A stretch of DNA of 64,000 nt from Cyanophora paradoxa CCMP329 (taxonomy: Eukaryota; Plantae; Glaucophyta): the NCBI GenBank assembly GCA_004431415.1, contig QPMI01000038.1, positions 332,955 through 396,954 of the forward strand, written 5' to 3'. The position numbers and the translations under genes were made by a program. Below the pieces are notes generated by a model. It saw nothing but the letters and a program-made list of their open reading frames with translations, had not been told where the DNA came from and did no database searches. Below are positions 47,901 through 62,000 of this stretch, in pieces (position 1 is the first letter of the stretch; every line of letters starts with the position of its first letter).

Positions 47901-49634
47901 CGATTCCGCACAGTACCGCGAACGCAAAAAGTGCGTAGCCGAGGTAGTTCATACGGCGCTGCGCATGCAGATCAGTTGAGATCAATTTATAGGCGCCAGG
48001 CTTAAGCATGCATGCCTGCAGGGGAGTCGTAATGCGCTTGGGCTTCAGCTTCTCGGCGATCTTCCCGAGCTGGACGAGAGTTCGAGGAATTGTCAGGGCT
48101 TGCAATCGAAAAAAAGAAATTCTAAAATATACGTATTCGCTAGAGCGCGCACCTCTGTGTTCATGGCTGTTCCCACAGCCACACCCGAGCCGCGGCCGCG
48201 CGTGATGATGCTGTTCTTGTACGCCTGCAGGTACCGGTGTCGGTATGATCATGATCAGCTAAGCTCGGCGGCATTTGGTGAGCGGCCGCGGGGCTCGAGC
48301 TCGCCATGTTCTTTCGGTCGCCGAGAGGGATGTCGGGCGAGCTGATCGCCTCCGTGTTCTTTCTGCGAAGTCCGCTCAGGCTTCAGGCCGCGGCTCGCAA
48401 CGCCTGATCATGAGAAATTCGGAAAACGTGGCACCGGACGGGGACGCTCTCGCCGGTGAGGAGCGCTTCGTCGGCCTCGAGGCCGGCGACGCTGACGAGG
48501 CGGATGTCGCAGGGGACCTGCGCATGCAGGCTTCGGGTCAGCGGCGTTGATCGAAGGGGCAGAGCCTTGGGAGCAGAAGGCGTCAGAGGACTCGACCTGG
48601 TTGCCCTCCTCCAACAGAACGATGTCCCCGGGGACGACGTGATCCGTGCTGATCTCCTGATACAGCTATCATTCAGAATGCAGAAGATCTAGATCTAGAG
48701 CTCAAGACAGAAAGAGCGGGCCTTCTCCCGACCGCCTCGAAGGACGCGCGCGGATGCTGCAGCACACAATCAGTCTGGTGTTAAATCGCGAGCGTTTTCA
48801 GGGTTTCGCGCACGAGATGTGGTCTTTTTAAGGGCGGCCAGTGTTTTCTCTGATCGAAATTCTTGTACGTAGCCGATCGAGACTGACTCGCGATCGATCG
48901 TTCTGTTAACACGAAGCCAAGAACCAACTACAACGAGCTCGAGCAGACGCCGCACCGTTAACCACAATAACCTGGGAGCGCACCGTGGCACCATAGACGT
49001 GAGCCGGGGCCATGCATATGGCCAGATTTACGCATAAGATATAGATACTATGAGATCAATGTGCCGAGATCTAAAAAGGAACACAAGCGTACGCACCAGG
49101 CCAATAACTACAGCATCGACGGTACCGTGCGCCACAGCGGAGATGACAAGCGCTGTGTACAGGATGAGGATGAACGGCGCAGTCTGCGGAGATATATATA
49201 TCAACGATCGCATTTCTTATTACGCATGCGCATATGTAGCTTTCGCGGTGATGCATGCGCAGCGCTAGCTAAAGCTAGTATATATTCGCACCAGGTGCTC
49301 GAACAGCAGCTTCAGCGCGTTGACTGCGCGGGCATTCATGAGCACGATCAGCTAGTGGGGATGTAGAAATGCTTATTCTAGAAAGTGGGGCCGGTGCGCA
49401 TACAGCTGCCGGAGCCCTTCAGTTTGTTCGGCCCCTGCACGAAGTGCGATAATGCATGAGGCTTGCGATCGCGGCCCGTGAATTGGACCCGCAGGAGCGG
49501 CGGGGGCGCACGAATTTCGCAAGGCGGGCGGCGGCCTCCTCGTTTGTGAGGCCTTGCTCGGGGAGCACGCCTGCCTCGCCCGCCACTTGGGCGGCGGTCT
49601 TCTGGTGCGGCAGGACGGTCGCCTCCGCGCTCAT
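41953..49634 (-). CDS. ENA1: P-type ATPase, type IID (ENA-like Na+/K+ efflux ATPase), many introns
   Basis: GLTNEEAAARL, IIPEGL, AIVRKLNSLEALGAVTDICC|DKTGTL, GDPTEVALQV, TGDH, VVARCSPDSK, MTGDGVNDAPS, DIVLTDDNFASI, YPMTAIQILWLNM. The IID assignment rests on the ARCSP / GDPTE.AL / ILW.NM signatures. Confidence 0.85.
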
Positions 49635-50631
49635 GGCGCCGACGGCTCGGCTGTGCCTGGATCTGGCTGTTGACGGTGCAGCTGATGTGCGCCTCTCTAG
49701 ATTCGTCGAAGTCCCCCCGCGCGCAAGGAGATCCGTTCGTGGCGGCGGCTTCGATCGCAAGTTCTCTGACGCGTACGCAGTGCTAATGCGTGTGATTTCT
49801 GCGGCGAGCTGCTGATGCACTGGCCAGAAAATCGGGGACATCCGCTGGTCCTAGCGGACTGCCGAGATGCGTATACGCGTACGTTTACTAGTATAGTTCG
49901 TTGCGCAGCCTGGCTACGCTAGCGGCGCGGCGTGGCGGGCGCGCGGCCCGACCGTCGGACGTCGACACTGTGACAGCGCGGGGCCGCGCGGGGGCGGCCC
50001 GAGTCGCCCGAGGGCCCGTTATACGTGATCACGACTCAGTGAGTCGCGATCGGGGGTAACCGTTGAACGTGACAGACTTCTCGTGACCATGAGTGCGTCA
50101 GAAGTTCTCTCAGGAGTCAGAACCGTGAACTCGAATTTCTGCCCCCCCCGCATCGCGCTACAGATAGCACATCATAGCAGAAATCTCGTGTCACGCGCGG
50201 CCGCTGGGTCAGGCCCGGTCAGCAGAAATCTCGCTGAAATTTAGTTTTTGTTTCAGTTGAAATCTCGCTGAAATTTGATTGTAAATTTCTCCCCACCATT
50301 GTTATCACCCGCTCACAAAAAAAGGCCTTCCTATGAACAAGAAAACACGATCGCGACAGTCCATGGCTAGCTACTACTGCAGTGGTTGAGACTGTAGCTC
50401 TAGCCTCTAGCTGCTGGCCTAGGCCCGGCCCCTGTATACGTACCGGTAGCCGCCGCTACTACTAGGCTAGCCTAGTAGCCGGCGCCGCAGCGGTGCCAGC
50501 GGTAGCCCGGCGGACCGGCGGCGGTAGGGCTGTACCCGGGATCATGAGTAAACGCGCGCCGCGCCGCGGCGCGCGCGCGGCGTCGCCAGCCGCGAGGCCC
50601 GCGACGGCCCGCCGCCGCGGCCGGCTGCGGG

Positions 50632-51012
50632 TAGGGTTGGGCTTACTCCGGTAATACCCTGTCCGGACCGAGTAAGGGTAAAGTACTGAAAGTATTACCC
50701 CGAGTATTACCGAGTAAACACCGCTCCTCCCCCCCCAGGCCCATCGAGCTCGAGCTGAGGCGGAGGCATGTCCTGCGCCGTGAGCTGGCGCATGCAGGCT
50801 GGAAATCGTCTAAATCGATAGCGAAGCAACGCTGTATGCGCCGAACTGCGCTCCCTGCGCTGCTAGAGCCTGCCCCTCCCCCCCCCTCTCTTGCAGCGCT
50901 GTACCCCCTCTGGTTTACTCGAGTATTACTCGGACGGGGTCCGAGTAAGGTACGAGTATTACCGAGTAAAGGTAATTCCTCTGTTTACCGGTAAAAGTAA
51001 AGCGCAACCCTA
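50632..51012. mobile_element. hAT-superfamily MITE (381 bp)
   Basis: TIRs TAGGGTTG...CAACCCTA, 8-bp TSD GCTGCGGG (50624-50631, 51013-51020), and multiple subterminal CCGAGTA/TTACTCG motifs. Confidence 0.9.
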
Positions 51013-52019
51013 GCTGCGGGTGCCGGCGCGGGCGGGGGCCCGCTGCCAGGCGGGCCGCTGGGCCGGCCGGCGTTAATTAGCCGCCGCGCCCGCCTATATA
51101 TATAGCTAGGCCTCTGTCGATCGTGTCGACGTTGAGCTCGCGCATGCACCGTGTAACTTAGTACTCATAGCGATTCATGATCGATATCGTTATCACTGAT
51201 ATTGACCATGACGTACCATGATCATGATCATGATCATGACCCACTGCAGCTGGGCCAGGAACCCAAGCCTCGATCGGCGATCATCGATATCATGGCATCG
51301 GATCGCGAGGCATTGCGGCAGGCCAGGCCTATAGCTAGATATAGGCAAGCCAAATTGAGGCCCTGCAAGCGCATATGAACGGAGCCGGGGCGGCGTCGGC
51401 GCCCCGACCGGTACCCGGCGCGCCCGGCAGCATTGCGCATGCAGATCTAGATCCAGAATCTACCTATATATAGCTAATAAATACATGGATACGGACTCTG
51501 GCTGGAACTGCGGCACACATATATAGCAATAGCGGTTGATTACAAGACTGTAGATCTGAAAGAATATTATGAGAAACACTAGCACTAGTTCCTCATCTAC
51601 AATAAATTATCTGCAGCCGATCCTGCGAAATAATCCCCCGCCAGACTACAGTTACACATGCTTTCTAATGCTTCGCGAATCGGAAAGGAACGGTGCAGGT
51701 GGCGGCTCAATACCGTAGTACTGAAGTTCTCGAAGCACCTCGAATCGAATAATTCCGAAAGGAGGAAGCATCGAAGCATATGCAAAAAGATCTTGAAAGA
51801 GAATTGCGCACTGCGGCAAGGTAAGAACAATATTAATATCTGAATCGTGCAACACTGTGACAATATCGGCCAGCCTGGCAGACGTGCCTAAAATCCAATA
51901 GAGCACGACCGCCGGACACGAGCTCGAGCGCGCTATAGATACACCTGAAAAAGAACTGAAGCTACCGCGTTACAAAACAGTTCTCCTACAGGTAGAGCGC
52001 AAAGGAATACGTAGCTGCT

Positions 52020-55000
52020 CTAATAAATAAACGACGGCGGGGTGGAACCGTGATCGAGGGCCAGGCTCGAGACCGGCGCCGATCGCGAGGGGCGGCCCGA
52101 GGGGGTGGAGGGGCCAGCGTCCATAACGAGAGAGGCGGAGGAGGCGGGGGCGGCCGGGACCGCGGGGCCGGCCGGGGCGGGGCGGCGCCAGGGGGTGAAC
52201 TTGTCGAGGGCGGCGAGGAGCTCGTCGCGCTTGACGGGCTTGCGCAGCACGGCGTCCATCCCGCTGCTGTAGCACCGCCGCTCGTCCGCGCTCATCGCGT
52301 TCGCCCTGCGCCCCCTCAGCCGGGCCGGGGCGGGGCGGGGCGGCGGGGCGGGGCGGCGCGGACGTGAGGGCGACGATGGGGACGCGGGGCCGGGGCGAGC
52401 TGCGGCCGCTGCCGGCGGGCTCGGCGACGCGGCTGCCGCCCTCGCGCTCGAGGCGGCGGATCTCGAGCGTCGCCTCGCACCCGTCCAGGCGCGGCATCTG
52501 CATGTCTGCCCCGCGTCAGCCCTCGCGAGATGGCGGCGCCCGGCGGGCGCCCGGCGGCCGCACCCATGAGGATGAGGTCTGCGGGGCGCGGCGCGGGGCG
52601 TCAGTCGCTGGGCCGCGGGGCGGGGCGGGGATCGCGGGTGGGCGGGGCGGACCGGGGGCGGGGCCGGCGGCGAAGCGGTCGACGGCCTCCTGGCCGTCCC
52701 ACGCGACCTCGATCTCGATGCCGACGCGGCGCAGCATCTGCTCCACGATCTTCTGGTTCAGCGCCTGGTCCTCCACTAGCAGCACCCGCGGCGGCGGCGG
52801 CGTCGCCCCCGCCCCGGGCGCCTCGGAGCCGAACGACTCCAGGTCTGAGCCCAGCGCGAGGCTGCCCCGCCTGGCGGAGCCGCCGTCGTCGCCGTCCACG
52901 CCGAGGGCGAGCGGGGGCGGCAGCGCGGACGGCTCCTCGCGCACGGGGAGCAGCGGCGGGCTCATCGGCGAGCCGCGCCGCACGCCGCTGTTCCGCCGCG
53001 ACGAGACGACCGCACCCGGCAGGCTTGCCCCGGGCTGCGCCTGCCGCGAGATCGAGCCGAGGAGCAGGTAGAGCTTGACGAGCCGCAGCGGCTTGGCGAG
53101 CCACGCGGGCGCGCGCCCGCTGGGCTCGGCCGCGGCCTCGGGGACGGGCGCCAGGGCGCTGCCCTCGCCCGTGGCGGACGGCGGGGGCGGAGGTGTCCCG
53201 AGGCGGTGAGGACGGCGCCGCGGCGGTTGATGCTGGAGAGGAGGACGGGGACGGGCCCCGCGGCCGGCCCCTCGCCCCCCGCGGCGGCCGCGGCGACCTC
53301 GCGGAGCAGTGCGGTGGCGACGCCGGGGCCCCGCTCCGCCGCGAAGAGCCCGCCCCCTTCCGGCCCCGCCGCGACGACCCCGCGCCCGCCGCAGCCGCCC
53401 CCGCCCCGCCCCGCCCTCCTCCGCCCCGAGTCGCCCGCCGCGGGGCTCAGCGGCGGCGCCGCGGCGGCGCCCTCCGGGGCCGGCAGCGCGGCGGCCTTGG
53501 AGCTCGCCGCGGGGCCCAGCGAGAAGCGCCCGCTCGCCCCGTCCGCCGCCTCGTGCGCTGCCGCCGCCGCCCGTGAGCCGCGGGCTGCGGCGGGGCGAGC
53601 GGGGGCGGACCGGGGAGGTCGTCGTCGACAAGGACGGCGTCGAAGCGGTGCGGGCCGCGCAGAAGGGCGCGCGCGCGGGCCGCGGAGCGCGCGAAGGCGA
53701 CCGGGCAGCCGAGCGCCGCGAGGTACGCCGCCAGCGCCTCCCGCACCGGCGCGCTGCCGCCCCGCCCCTCAGCCGCGCGACGGGGCGGGCGGGGCGGGCG
53801 AGGCGGGGCGGGGGCACCAGCTGGTGGCGACGAGGACGGAGACGGGCGGGTCGAGGCGCAGGTCGCCCGGGCTCGAGGGCAGCTGGTTCGACGGCCGCCG
53901 GTCCGGCTGCGCCCCCTGCCGCCGGCATCAGGCGGGAGCCCGGCGGCCGGGGCGGGGGGCGCACGGAGGGGCCGGGGAGGGGCGGGCCGGCGGGGGCGGG
54001 GGCGGGGACGGGGCTGAAGGGCAGCTCGACGAGGAAGGTGGTGCCTGCGCCGAGGGTCGACGTGGCGGAGATGCGCCCGCCCATCAACTCCGCCAGCTGC
54101 TTCGAGATGCTCAGGCCTGCACAGGCCCGCCCCGTCAGCCCGGCCCCCGGCGCGGGGCCGCGCGGGGCGGGGCGGGCGGACCCATGCCGGTGCCGCCGTA
54201 CTTGCGCGTGATGGTCTCGTTGACCTGCACGAAGTCCTGGAAGAGGCGGGCCACCCCCTCCCGGTCCATCCCCATCCCCTGCCCCCCCGCTCGGCCCGCG
54301 TTGCGCTGGTGGGCGGGCGGGGGGGCGGGCGGACGGTGTCGGTGACGGAGATGGTGTAGGAGAGGCGGGCGAGGGGCGGCGGGGAGGCGGCGCGGCGGCC
54401 GAGCGGCGAGGAGGGGGCCGTCGAGGGCGCCGTGCCGGCCCGCTGGGCGGCCTCCCGCGCGTGCTGCACCGCCTCGGCGCTCTCGCAGCGGATGAGCACG
54501 TAGCCGTCGTGCGTGAACTTGCACGCGTTGTGCTGCCGCCCGCTCAGCCGGCGGGCCGGGCGGGGCTGGGGCCGGCGCGGGCACCGCAAGGTTGATGAGG
54601 ATCTGGCGGAGGCGCGTCGGGTCGCCGTAGACGCGCGTCGGGATGTCCGGGCTGATTGCGCACACGATCTGGCGCCCTCCGCGTGGGCGGCGCGCGGCGC
54701 GGGGCGGGGGGAGCGCCGCAGCAGACCTCGATGCCCTTGGTGTAGCAGGCGGGGGCGACGAGCTCGGCGACGCACTCGATGACGTCGCGCAGGTCGAACG
54801 CGATGCTCTCCACCGTCACCATCCCCGCCTCCAGCTTCGAGAGGTCTGCGCGTACCCGCCCCTCAGCGCCCCCCGCCGCGGGGCCGGCGCGGGGCAGGGG
54901 CGGGCGCGCCCAGCAGGTCGTTGACGACGGAGAGGAGCTGCTCGGAGCACTGCGGGCCGCTCAGGCGCGCGGGGCGGGGCGGGGCGGGGCGGGGCGGGGG

Positions 55001-58000
55001 CGGGGCCTGGTTCATGGACTGGAGGTAGTCGTGCTGCTCGGCGGAGAGGTCCGTGTCGCTGAGCAGCTGCGCCATCCCCGTGATCCCGTTCAGCGGCGTC
55101 CGCACCTCGTGGCACCTGCCCCCGCCCCGTCACCCCGAGCACCGCAGGCGCGGACCGCGGCCCGGCGGCGCCCGCGCTCCGCACGCACACTGCGGCGGGC
55201 GGTGAGGGGCGGGCGGCGGGCGGCGCGGGCGGCGCGGGGCGCACCGTAGGCGATGAGGCGGGCCTTGGCGTGCGCGGCGGCTGCGGCGGCCGGTGAGGGG
55301 CGGGGCGGGGCGGGGCGGGGCACGGGAGCCGACGCGCACCCTTCATCTCGATCATGCGGACCTTCTCGCTCATGTCCTGCCCCACGCAGATGGCCCCGAC
55401 GATCGAGCCGGCGAGGTCCCGCCGCCCCGCCGCGTTCACCATCAGCCGCACCGTCCGCCGCCCCAGCGCCGCCGGCTCCTGCCCCGGCAGCACCTCCTCC
55501 GCCGGCGTCATCACCTCGCTCTCAGAGCCTGCCGCGCGCGCGTCAGCGGCGGGGGCAGTGGCGGGGGCGGGCGGGGGCACCGGAGGCGACGGAGGCGTGG
55601 GCGCTGGCGAGGCGGCGGGCGGCGGAGGGGCGGCAGAGGAACTCGACCTCGTGGTTCTCGACCTCGCGCCCGCGCTCGAGCACGCCGGCGAGGGTCTCGC
55701 GCAGCGCGGCGCGCCCCTCCTCCGCCACGAACGCGAGCACCGGCTGCCCCAGCGCCTCCTCCCGCCGGCACCCCGTCGCCTTCTGCTCCCCCCCGCCCCG
55801 CCCCGTCGGGTCTGGCGCCGGCGCCGGCGCGGGGGCGGGAGGCGGCGGGGCGCACGGCCATGGCGGCGTTCCACTCGACGACGAGGCCGGCGGGGTCGAC
55901 GGCGAAGATGGGCGCGTTGCTGTACTGGATGAGGCAGCGGAGGTCGTGGGCGAGCAGCACGGCCTTCGACTCGGACTCGCGCAGCGACTCGAGCAGCGCG
56001 TGCCGCTCGCTCACGTCCCGCACCACCAGCACCAGCATCTCCCCGCCCGCCGTCCGCACCCGCCCCGCCGAGATCTCCGCCGGGAAGCGCCCCCCGCCGC
56101 CCGGCCGCACGCAGACGAACTCGCGGGCGCCGGCGGGGGCGGGGGCGGGGCCGGGCTTGGGGCCGGGGGCGGGGAGGAGGAGCTCGCGGAAGCGCTCGCG
56201 GCAGGCGGCGTCGACGAAGAGCTCCGCGAAGGCGGCCCCGAGGACCTCCTCGGGCCGCGGCACGCCGAAGAGCGCGAGGGCGCGCGCGTTGAGCTTCGCC
56301 ACGCGCCCCGCGCCGTCGACGACGAAGACGGCGTCCATCATGCCCGTGATGATGGCGAGCAGGGAGCGCATCTTGCCGATCGCCGCCCCGAAGGTGTGCA
56401 GCTCCTTCACGAACGAGCCGAGGCGGCGCTCGGGCTCCTCGGCGCCGGTCCGCAGCGCCGCCACCGCCTCCACCTCCCGCGAGAAGTGCCGCAGCTGCCG
56501 CGTCATCTGCCGCCGCCTGTCAGCCCCGCCCGCCGGCCGGCAGCGCCCGCCGGGCCCGGCGCGCCTCGACGGAGATGACGGCGACGAGGGCGATGATGAC
56601 GGCGAAGCCGACCGAGCCGATGATCGACGAGACCTGCCCCGCGCCCCGCGCCCCGCCCCTCAGCCCCCGCCCCCGCCCGCCGTCGCCGGGGGCGCACCCG
56701 CGCGTTGAGGTACACGAGGGCGCGGATGTCGTCGTCCGGCGTCACCACCCCGATCAGGATCTGCGCCCCGGCCACCCCGGTCGGCGGCGCCGGCGGGCGG
56801 GGCGGGGGCGGGGGCGGGGCGCGCCTTGAGCTCGCCGGGGCGGGCCCCGCCGGACGCGGGGGCGCCGGGGGTGACGGGGACGCGGACGGGGAAGAAGCGG
56901 GAGCGGTAGACGCGGCCGCCGTGCGAGAAGTCGTTCTCCCCGACCCGCAGCGCCGACACGGCGTCCAGCCGCGCCCTCCCCTCCGCGTCCGCCGGCAGCG
57001 ACTGCACGAAGGCCCGCAGCAGCGGGTCCTGCCGCCCGGCGCGCCTCGGCCGGCGGCGCGGCGGGCGGGGGAGGGGGCGGGGCGGACGGGGAGGTTCTCG
57101 ACGGGGGTGAGGGTGTAGGAGGGGGCGCTGGCGTTGGAGGCCCAGACGGCGGTGGTGAGGACGGAGGGGTCGCGGTAGGCGATGACGAAGCGCTTGCCGC
57201 TCGCGTCGGTGCTGAGGACGACCGCGAAGCCGCTCTCCGTGACCTGGATCGAGGCCACGAACTCCGACAGCGTCCCGATCTCCAGCGTCATCGAGATGAT
57301 CCTGCCGCGTGCGTCGGGCCCCGCCCCTCCGCCCCGCCGCCCCGCCGGCCCCGGGCCCCGCGCACCCCTGCATCTTGCCCTCCCCCGTCCGCTTCGTCGG
57401 ATCCGACGGGCTGTAGAAGAACGGCTGCGCCCCGGCCCCGGTCGGCGGCCGCGGTCCGGGCCGGGGCGGGGCGGGGCGGGGCGGGGGCGGACGAGGCTGT
57501 AGGAGACGCCGAGGCCGCCGACGGTGAGCGCGCTGCCGCCGCCGTACAGCAGAACGTACGCCGGCGTCCACGCCGCCGCCTGCGTCGCCTCCACCGCCTG
57601 CCCCGCCCCGCCTCAGTCCCCGCGCCCGCGCCCAGCGCCCCGCGCCCCGCGCCCCGCCCACCTTCCAGAACGGCCGCGTCCTGCGCCCGGGGCCCGCCCC
57701 CTGCGTCAGCCCCGCGCGGGGGCGGGCGGGGCCTGGGGGCGCGGCGGGGGCGGACCGGGGGTCGAGGAGGGCGGGGCGCTCGGTCCACATGAGCTGCCGC
57801 TCGAGCGTGTCCTCGCGGAAGTAGTACCCGTGGCGGTCGAGGCGGGAGCCGTTCGTCAGGACCGTCTCGATGAACGTGAACGGCTCGATGGGGCGCGGCG
57901 CCGTCGCTGCCTGCCACTCGGCCTGCTCGCGGCGGTACAGGAAGCCCGTCCCGTCCCCCAGGATCAGCGCCACCGACCACACCGTCGGGTTCGAGTCTGC

Positions 58001-59066
58001 CGCCCGCCGCTCAGCCCGCCGCCCCCGCTCCCGCGGCCGGGCGGCGCACGGAGGGTGCCCCGCGCCGTGGCCATCGCCCGATCGAAGTCCGCCGGCGTCA
58101 CCTGCACCGGCTTCACCAGCGGCGCCGCCGCCACCCGCGCGTTCTGCGCCCGCCCCTCAGCCGCCCCGCCGCGGAGAGCCGAACGATCGCGGGCGCGCGC
58201 CGTCTCCGCGATGCGCATCGCTCGCGTGAAGACCGTCACGACGTTCTCGTACACCCGCCGCCCCACGTGCATCAGCACTGCCGCCCGCGCACGCGTCAGG
58301 CGGCCGTGAGCTCGAGCCGCGCCCCTCGTCGGCCCATCGCGGCGCGCACGCTGGCTGCTGAGCGTCTCGGCCGTCGCGTCGGCGTTGCGGTAATTCACCA
58401 GCGCGATAGCAATCACCGCAGCGACCTGAACCGAGCCCGTTGGCGGCAGCGGGGCGTCCTGGCGCAGCTGCGGAGGGCCGCCGCGCACGAGGACGCCGAC
58501 GACGACCGGCAGCGCCACGAAGCGCAGGCTGATGCGGAAGCGGGGCGACTTGTCCTTGCCTCCCGGCGTGTCGGCCGCGGGCGGCCCGCTCTGCCTCCGG
58601 TACCACCCGCCGGCGCTGGTGCCCTCCCTACGGCGCGGCCCACGTCAGGCGCCGGCCCTCGCGAATTCGAAGGAGGGCGCGGGCGCGGGGCGGGGCGGGC
58701 GGGGCGGACTTGGGGCCGGCGAGGGAGGCGGTGCTGGCGCGCAGGGCGAGGGGCTCGCCCTCGGGCGAGGGCGTGGTCGCGTCGTCGTCCGGCTGGAGAT
58801 TGGCGACGATGACCGCCGCCGCCGCCGCCGTCGCCGGCGCCGGCGCCACCTGCGAGCCCGAGGGCTTCCGCGGCGCCGAGACCGCCCCGCTGCGCAGGGT
58901 CGGCGGGCGTACGCGTCCGCGCGAGGGCAGCTCCGATGCGGAGCCCCGCCGCGGCCGGGCTTATGGCGCACCGTACGCTGTGCTCGGAGTCGCGAGCTGC
59001 GGCAAGGGACGGTGTGCTAGGGGCGCCCGGCCGGCAGTGGCAGTCCTCCTCGACTGGGGTGATCAT
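52020..59066 (-). CDS. Membrane hybrid histidine kinase (TM-Cache-like-TM-HAMP-like-PAS-PAS-HisKA-HATPase-REC-like-REC), copy 1
   Basis: H-box CHEVRTPLNGITGM. N-box GDPTRLRQILINL..NACKFT. G-boxes DT|GMGM and TRKYGGTGM|GLSIS. REC: VLLVED..DMQMPRLDG..PIVALT|ANAM..KP. Confidence 0.93.
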
Positions 59067-62000
59067 TTGCGAGCTCGAGCGCGCGGGCCAGGAGCCCCCG
59101 GCCGAACGCCGCTTGCTCGCCTGCTTTCCACGGCGCCTTAAGCTTCTTTCGTCGGGCTTAAACGCGGCCGCGCGGGCTCCGCGTCTGGGGGTTCCGAACA
59201 GGCGTGCTCAGCGGCCGCGGCGGCGCGAAAGCTCGATGTGAGCCTGTGGCTGTTAACGTTCACTGTTTTCGCCAAGCTGGGCTGCTCAGGCTGCCCTCTC
59301 GAGCGACCGCGTGGCCCTGGCCAGTGGGCGCGGTGGCTGCCAACTGACGAACGCGCGGCGCCCCGGCGACTCGAGCTCGCCGGCGAGCCTCAAGATCTAA
59401 AGCTGCGCTGCTGTTGAGCTGACGGCATATCGCTGCAACTTGGCAAGGGTCGCATATGCATGTCTACGCAGCAGGCGTGCGACGCCGCCGACGCGGCGCG
59501 ACTCCACGCGAGCTCGAGGCAACTTGGCATTGTTGCAATTGGCAACCTCGGAGCCGGGAGCTCGGAGAAATGCGCACACGTACGCGCGTACGCAAATTGC
59601 GAAATACTTCGTTCGATCAAAATTCATGGCATTCATGAATCCGAGCTAGGCTTCCGAGTACGTACCTGCGTGCGAATCGGTGCGATGCTAGGAGCCCGCG
59701 CCGCCGCAGAGGCTGGGGAGGGGGCGCCGTCACCGGTACCGGCGTCACGCCGCCGTGGCGATTACTAGTACTTAACACGCATTCATAGATTGCGGAAGTT
59801 CTTTGCAGACTGTCAATTTCGTTTGATCAATCGGTAATATTAATATTGCTCAAATCTCCGGATCCCCGGGCCGCGAACTCTCGGAAAAGTGTTCATTTCC
59901 TTGGGATTTCTCAAGATTCCTTGCGCAAATGCCGTTCAAAGAGAGAATGGACGGATATCGAATCTAATGTCGATTAAGGGGCGCCCCACAAAAATGTGCG
60001 GCCGCCGGCCGCCCATGCCCAGCGGCGCCACGCGGTGGCGCGGCCCGGGGGGTACGTAAGCTGCAGACTCTGAGAATTTGAAGGCGCGTCCGGCGCGGCA
60101 AGCTAGTAGCAAGATTCTGGTAACGGCGTAACGCGCGTACGCGTGCAGTGTTTACAGTATCGCGTATACGTACGCGTGCAATTGATGCAAGCAGCAGGCC
60201 TCATGATCAACAGCGGCCTGCCAGCAGGCTGCTAGCTTGTCCGGCGAGCACCGATCGATATCGTCTGATCTACAGCAGCTGCAGTTAGAAGCGTTACCGA
60301 AGAGACTGCACGCTGGCGATTGCAGCAAGGGCATCAGCGCAGGCACTGGTGATATTCTGACAGTGCTGCTCTCCGATGGAGGCGCGGGTGCACCCGCGGC
60401 CGCCAGCGAGCGATCCGGAGTTGGACCTTGCAATTGTCGAAAAGTCAGATGGGGCCGCCTCCCGCGCGCTCTTTGTTGTGAGCGATGGCAAGTCCGAGAA
60501 GGCTTTCCGAGACACGCCGAGCGGACGCGACTCGCAATCGCCTTGGCGCGAGGATCGGGATGCGCCCCCGGATGCGGCGCCCCGCTTCCGCATCAGCCTG
60601 CGCTTCGTGGCGCTGCCGGTCGTCGTCGGCGTCCTCGTGCGCGGCGGCCCTCAGCGCGGGGCCGTGGCGTACGACGCCCTCTGGCGCTAAAGAGCTCGAA
60701 CTCGGCGCATGCAGGTCGCTGTTGTCGTCGCCCTGACGCTGGTGAATTACCGCAACGCCGACGCGACGGCCGAGACGCTCAGCAGCCAGCGTGCGCGCCG
60801 CGATGGGCCGACGAGGGGCGCGGCTCGAGCCCACGGCCGCCTGACGCGTGCGCGGGCGGCAGTGCTGATGCACGTGGGGCGGCGGGTGTACGAGAACGTC
60901 GTGACGGTCTTCACGCGGGCGATGCGCATCGCGGAGACGGCGCGCGCCCGCGATCGTTCGGCTCTCCGCGGCGGGGCGGCTGAGGGGCGGGCGCAGAACG
61001 CGCGGGTGGCGGCGGCGCCGCTGGTGAAGCCGGTGCAGGTGACGCCGGCGGACTTCGATCGGGCGATGGCCACGGCGCGGGGCACCCTCCGTGCGCCGCC
61101 CGGCCGCGGGAGCGGGGGCGGCGGGCTGAGCGGCGGGCGGCAGACTCGAACCCGACGGTGTGGTCGGTGGCGCTGATCCTAGGGGACGGGACGGGCTTCC
61201 TGTACCGCCGCGAGCAGGCCGAGTGGCAGGCGGCGACGGCGCCGCGCCCCATCGAGCCGTTCACGTTCATCGAGACGGTCCTGACGAACGGCTCCCGCCT
61301 CGACCGCCACGGGTACTACTTCCGCGAGGACACGCTCGAGCGGCAGCTCATGTGGACGAGCGCCCCGCCCTCCTCGACCCCCGGTCCGCCCCCGCCGCGC
61401 CCCAGGCCCCGCCCGCCCCCGCGCGGGCTGACGCAGGGGCGGGCCCCGGGCGCAGGACGCGGCCGTTCTGGAAGGTGGGCGGGCGCGGGCGCGGGGCGCG
61501 GGGCGCGGGCGCGGGGCGCGGGCGCGGGTCGCGGGGCGTGAGGCGGGGCGGGGCAGGCGGTGGAGGCGACGCAGGCGGCGGCGTGGACGCCGGCGTACGT
61601 TCTGCTGTACGGCGGCGGCAGCGCGCTCACCGTCGGCGGCCTCGGCGTCTCCTACAGCCTCGTCCGCCCCCGCCCCGCCCCGCCCCGCCCCGCCGCGGAC
61701 CGCGGGCGCGGCCGCCGACGGGCGCCGGGGCGCAGCCGTTCTTCTACAGCCCGTCGGACCCGACGAAGCGGACGGGGGAGGGCAAGATGCAGGGGTGCGC
61801 GGGGCGCGGGGCCGGCGGGGCGGCGGGGCGGCGGGGCGGGGCCCGAGGCGGGGCGGCAGGATCATCTCGATGACGCTGGAGATCGGGACGCTGTCGGAGT
61901 TCGTGGCCTCGATCCAGGTCACGGAGAGCGGCTTCGCGGTCGTCCTCAGCACCGACGCCGCCGGCAAGCGCTTCGTCATCGCCTACCGCGACCCCTCCGT

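Noticed and set aside
51550-51910. AT-rich short ORFs between the MITE and the HK1 3' end
   Set aside because: No recognisable motif or supportable gene structure.
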